A stretch of DNA of 55,433 nucleotides from Nanobdellota archaeon (GTDB lineage Archaea > Nanobdellota > Nanobdellia > Pacearchaeales > GW2011-AR1), in the NCBI GenBank assembly GCA_038044405.1, contig JBBTAC010000002.1, positions 1 through 55,433 on the forward strand, given 5' to 3'. Below the pieces are notes generated by a model. It was not told the DNA's origin and searched no databases. It worked only from the letters and a program-made list of their open reading frames with translations. The translations under genes were made by a program, and so were the position numbers. How positions within the stretch are numbered: the first letter of the stretch is position 1; the number at the start of each line of letters is the position of its first letter. Below, in pieces: positions 53,346 to 55,433 of this stretch.

Positions 53346-53972
53346 ATGGCAAATCAAGTTAAAATACAAAGTGGAATATTAAGAATTTTAGATGACTCTA
53401 TTTTAGAAGCATATAATGAATCCATTCAAGGATACAACGAAAAAGCAAGAGATTCTCTTGGAAAATTCAGTAAAAGCGATGGAGAATTAACTGGCTCAAG
53501 CCCGTTAATGCTTATTCAATTAGCAAATTCAGGATTACTTCCGGAAGGAACAAGACTAGCAAAAAGAGAAGATTTAGAAAATGCGATATCACAAGATTCA
53601 GATTTTTTAAGAGGACATTATACTGATTTTGGTTTAGCTTTAAAAACAGCAGGAGATTCTTATGCTCCTAATGATTTACTCGCTAAAAGACTTGCAGAAC
53701 AATTTAAGCAGAGAAATATAAAACTTGGAGAAGGAAAATTAATTTATTTCGATTCACTTTATTTAATAGAAGATGAAAATTCAGCTTATGGTTTAATTCC
53801 AAGCTTGAAAGATGGAGCCGAAAGCTCAATCTTAGATTTGGATGATTTCAGATGGAATTACACAAGAGACGAAGGTTTGGCTTGTGCTGACCTTGTCAGG
53901 GACAGGTACTGGGATTCCAACTTTGAGCACGTTGCTGATTCGGGCGGTAGGCGGCAGGGTAGTCGTAGTTAG
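53346..53972 (+). CDS. Hypothetical protein with an anomalously GC-rich 3' end
   Basis: 208-aa ORF with no recognised motif. The last ~100 nt are about 55% GC by manual count, against the ~30% background. Confidence 0.55.
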   Translation: MANQVKIQSGILRILDDSILEAYNESIQGYNEKARDSLGKFSKSDGELTGSSPLMLIQLANSGLLPEGTRLAKREDLENAISQDSDFLRGHYTDFGLALKTAGDSYAPNDLLAKRLAEQFKQRNIKLGEGKLIYFDSLYLIEDENSAYGLIPSLKDGAESSILDLDDFRWNYTRDEGLACADLVRDRYWDSNFEHVADSGGRRQGSRS

Positions 53973-54028
53973 TACTTAAGGCACTTCTAAAAATTCAATT
54001 AAAGAATAAAAATAAAAAATTAAAAAAA

Positions 54029-54754
54029 TTAAAAAGATCTTAGTTTATATTCTACTTCAATAGTTGCTCTAACTTCTATATCTTTAGGTGCGATATTTAT
54101 TGCAGCATCTCTTGCTTCACCGCTAGAGGCTACTCCGCCCTTTGATTCAAAATATACAACAGGTCCGTAGTTGAAATCCTGGCTCTTCACAGAAACAAGG
54201 CTTCCCAAATTCTTGCCTAATCCTCGAGCAGTTGCTTCTGCTTTAATCTTTGCATCCTTTCCTGCTTCTTCAAGTGCTTGAGTCTTATATTCACTTTGTT
54301 TTTCTTCTGAAAGCTCAAAGTTTATGTAAGACACTAAAGCGCCAGCATCAACAGAGGCATCAACTATTTCAGCAACACCATCAAAATCGCTAGTTTCTAC
54401 AACTATTTGTTGTGAGGCAATATAACCCTTGAGTTTTTGATCTCCGTTACTCCAATCATATTCAGGATAAATGTTGAAATTAATTGTTTTTATTTCATCC
54501 TTAGCAATTCCCAATTTTAATAAATTAAGGAAAAGATTGTCAAGAATTTTATCATGAGCATCCTTTGCTTTTTGAGCACTATCATCTCTTGCTTCAATAT
54601 TAATATTGATAGATACTTTATCAGGTTTTGCTTCTATAACGGAGTTGCCTTGTGCACTTACAACAGCAGCACTAGTATTAAAGGCAATATACCCTCCAAT
54701 TAAAATTATCGCAATAACTAATCCGGTAATAATCGTTTTATTATCCATTATCAT
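54029..54754 (-). CDS. SIMPL/DUF541-family secreted protein
   Basis: N-terminal TM/signal anchor. VSAQGNSVIEAKPDKVSINI...AKDAHDKI pattern typical of DUF541. Confidence 0.72.
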   Translation of the reverse strand: MIMDNKTIITGLVIAIILIGGYIAFNTSAAVVSAQGNSVIEAKPDKVSININIEARDDSAQKAKDAHDKILDNLFLNLLKLGIAKDEIKTINFNIYPEYDWSNGDQKLKGYIASQQIVVETSDFDGVAEIVDASVDAGALVSYINFELSEEKQSEYKTQALEEAGKDAKIKAEATARGLGKNLGSLVSVKSQDFNYGPVVYFESKGGVASSGEARDAAINIAPKDIEVRATIEVEYKLRSF

Positions 54755-55370
54755 TACCTCCTTTCATTCTTTCTTTATAGTTCCAAAAAACCACTATGAG
54801 TAATGCCATAAGAGATCCCAACATAAACCATGCCCACGAATTAGGAGAATTTGCGCTGTAAGTCAAAACATCTGAAACTTGCGGAGATGGAGGTTGAATC
54901 ATATCAATAGCACCTCTAGAAGCACTAGAGCTACCCTCACTTGCAACCTCCTTCATCATAACAGCACTATCACTACCATAACTATTAACACCAATAGGAA
55001 CACCAATAAATATTTTTATTATAATCGCAACTAGAATACAACCTATAACTGCTGGAATTATTCCTCTAGCAAGCGACTTTGGAGATATAATTATTTTTTT
55101 ATTCGACACTTTATATCTATGGATTCTTTTTCCTTTAACGCTCCAGAAATAACCTCCTGTTTTTTCAATTAAACCAGCACCCTCTAATTTTTTTATATTA
55201 TATTCAATAGTATTTGCAGGCACACCTAATTTAGACGCTATTTCTGCCTCGCTTAATTCACCATCAGCCAGAACAGAAATAATTTTCTTAGCAGTCTTAT
55301 TTGATATAACATCTGCTATCTTTTCTGTCCTTGGATCATCAAGGTCTATCATAATTGAGCTTCTTACCAT
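54741..55370 (-). CDS. Membrane-anchored ArsR-type winged-helix transcription regulator
   Basis: N-terminal wHTH LADGELSEAEIASKLGVPANTIEYNIKKLEGAGLIEK. Two C-terminal hydrophobic helices (IIPAVIGCILVAIIIKIFIGV and WAWFMLGSLMALLIVVFW). Overlaps the downstream SIMPL gene by 14 nt. Confidence 0.75.
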   Translation of the reverse strand: MVRSSIMIDLDDPRTEKIADVISNKTAKKIISVLADGELSEAEIASKLGVPANTIEYNIKKLEGAGLIEKTGGYFWSVKGKRIHRYKVSNKKIIISPKSLARGIIPAVIGCILVAIIIKIFIGVPIGVNSYGSDSAVMMKEVASEGSSSASRGAIDMIQPPSPQVSDVLTYSANSPNSWAWFMLGSLMALLIVVFWNYKERMKGGNDNG

Positions 55371-55433
55371 CTTTATTCTAATAATATTTAGTTTATAAAT
55401 AATTTCAAGAGTTCAAATTGAATTGAAGCTATC

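Noticed and set aside
53930-53990. Resemblance of CTGATTCGGGCGGTAGGCGGCAGGGTAGTCGTAGTTAGTACTT to the helix III/loop C part of eukaryote-type 5S rRNA
   Set aside because: The 5' and 3' halves needed for a 5S fold are absent: the downstream sequence is AT-rich spacer and the upstream sequence does not match. No archaeal 5S motifs such as CCCGAAC...GGAAGUUAAGC are present, so the similarity is probably coincidental.
55412-55422. 5-1-5 inverted repeat TTCAAaTTGAA upstream of the ArsR-type regulator gene (possible autoregulatory operator)
   Set aside because: It is very short and AT-rich, close to the window edge so its context is missing, and expected by chance.
1-55433. Search for CRISPR arrays, rRNA genes, transposases or integrases, and prophage or defence-island gene sets
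   Set aside because: I found no regularly spaced direct repeats, no rRNA-like GC-rich blocks, and no DDE, tyrosine- or serine-recombinase, or Cas-like motifs in any listed ORF. The only mobile or selfish elements I can support are the intein, the TA pair and possibly the hairpin repeat.

Overview
This is an AT-rich archaeal chromosome segment (roughly 30% GC by eye, not computed). Intergenic spacers are very short and many neighbouring genes overlap by ATGA or TAATG. The gene content is archaeal rpoH-rpoB-rpoA, an archaeal KH-type NusA, uS12/uS7, aEF-2, a giant sequon-rich surface protein and many bacterial-type metabolic isozymes. I infer from this a small-genome, DPANN-like archaeon. Layout: (i) 3-4988 holds the last ~5 kb of a giant, C-terminally anchored surface protein whose 5' end lies upstream of the window. 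(ii) 5-14.3 kb holds small membrane, secreted and hypothetical genes, aEF-2 and a cysteine desulfurase. (iii) 14.4-19.4 kb holds an nrdR-nrdJ-trx module with two NrdR boxes, an intein in nrdJ, and tRNA-Lys(UUU). (iv) 19.6-21 kb holds an exported Cys-rich protein and VKOR. (v) 21.1-30.2 kb holds rpoH-rpoB-rpoA(unsplit)-nusA-rps12-rps7 followed by a RelE/ParE toxin-antitoxin pair. (vi) 30.2-53.3 kb is an unusually dense central-carbon block. It carries the complete oxidative and non-oxidative pentose phosphate pathway (zwf, pgl, gnd, tkt, tal, rpiB, rpe) and glycolytic genes (cupin PGI, class I FBA, tpiA, gap, pgk). Embedded in it is a glycan module: GH130 phosphorylase, NagB, PIG-L deacetylase, PMM, PMI cupin, GT4s and an (alpha/alpha)6 hydrolase. 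(vii) 53.3-55.4 kb holds a hypothetical gene with a GC-rich tail, a SIMPL/DUF541 protein and a membrane-anchored ArsR-type regulator. The main non-coding signal is a 122-133 nt multi-hairpin element present twice, 107/108 identical by manual alignment. One copy sits where rpl30e normally lies between rpoA and nusA. A diverged third locus keeps the same hairpin bases with compensatory stem changes. I saw no rRNA, CRISPR array, transposase or integrase.
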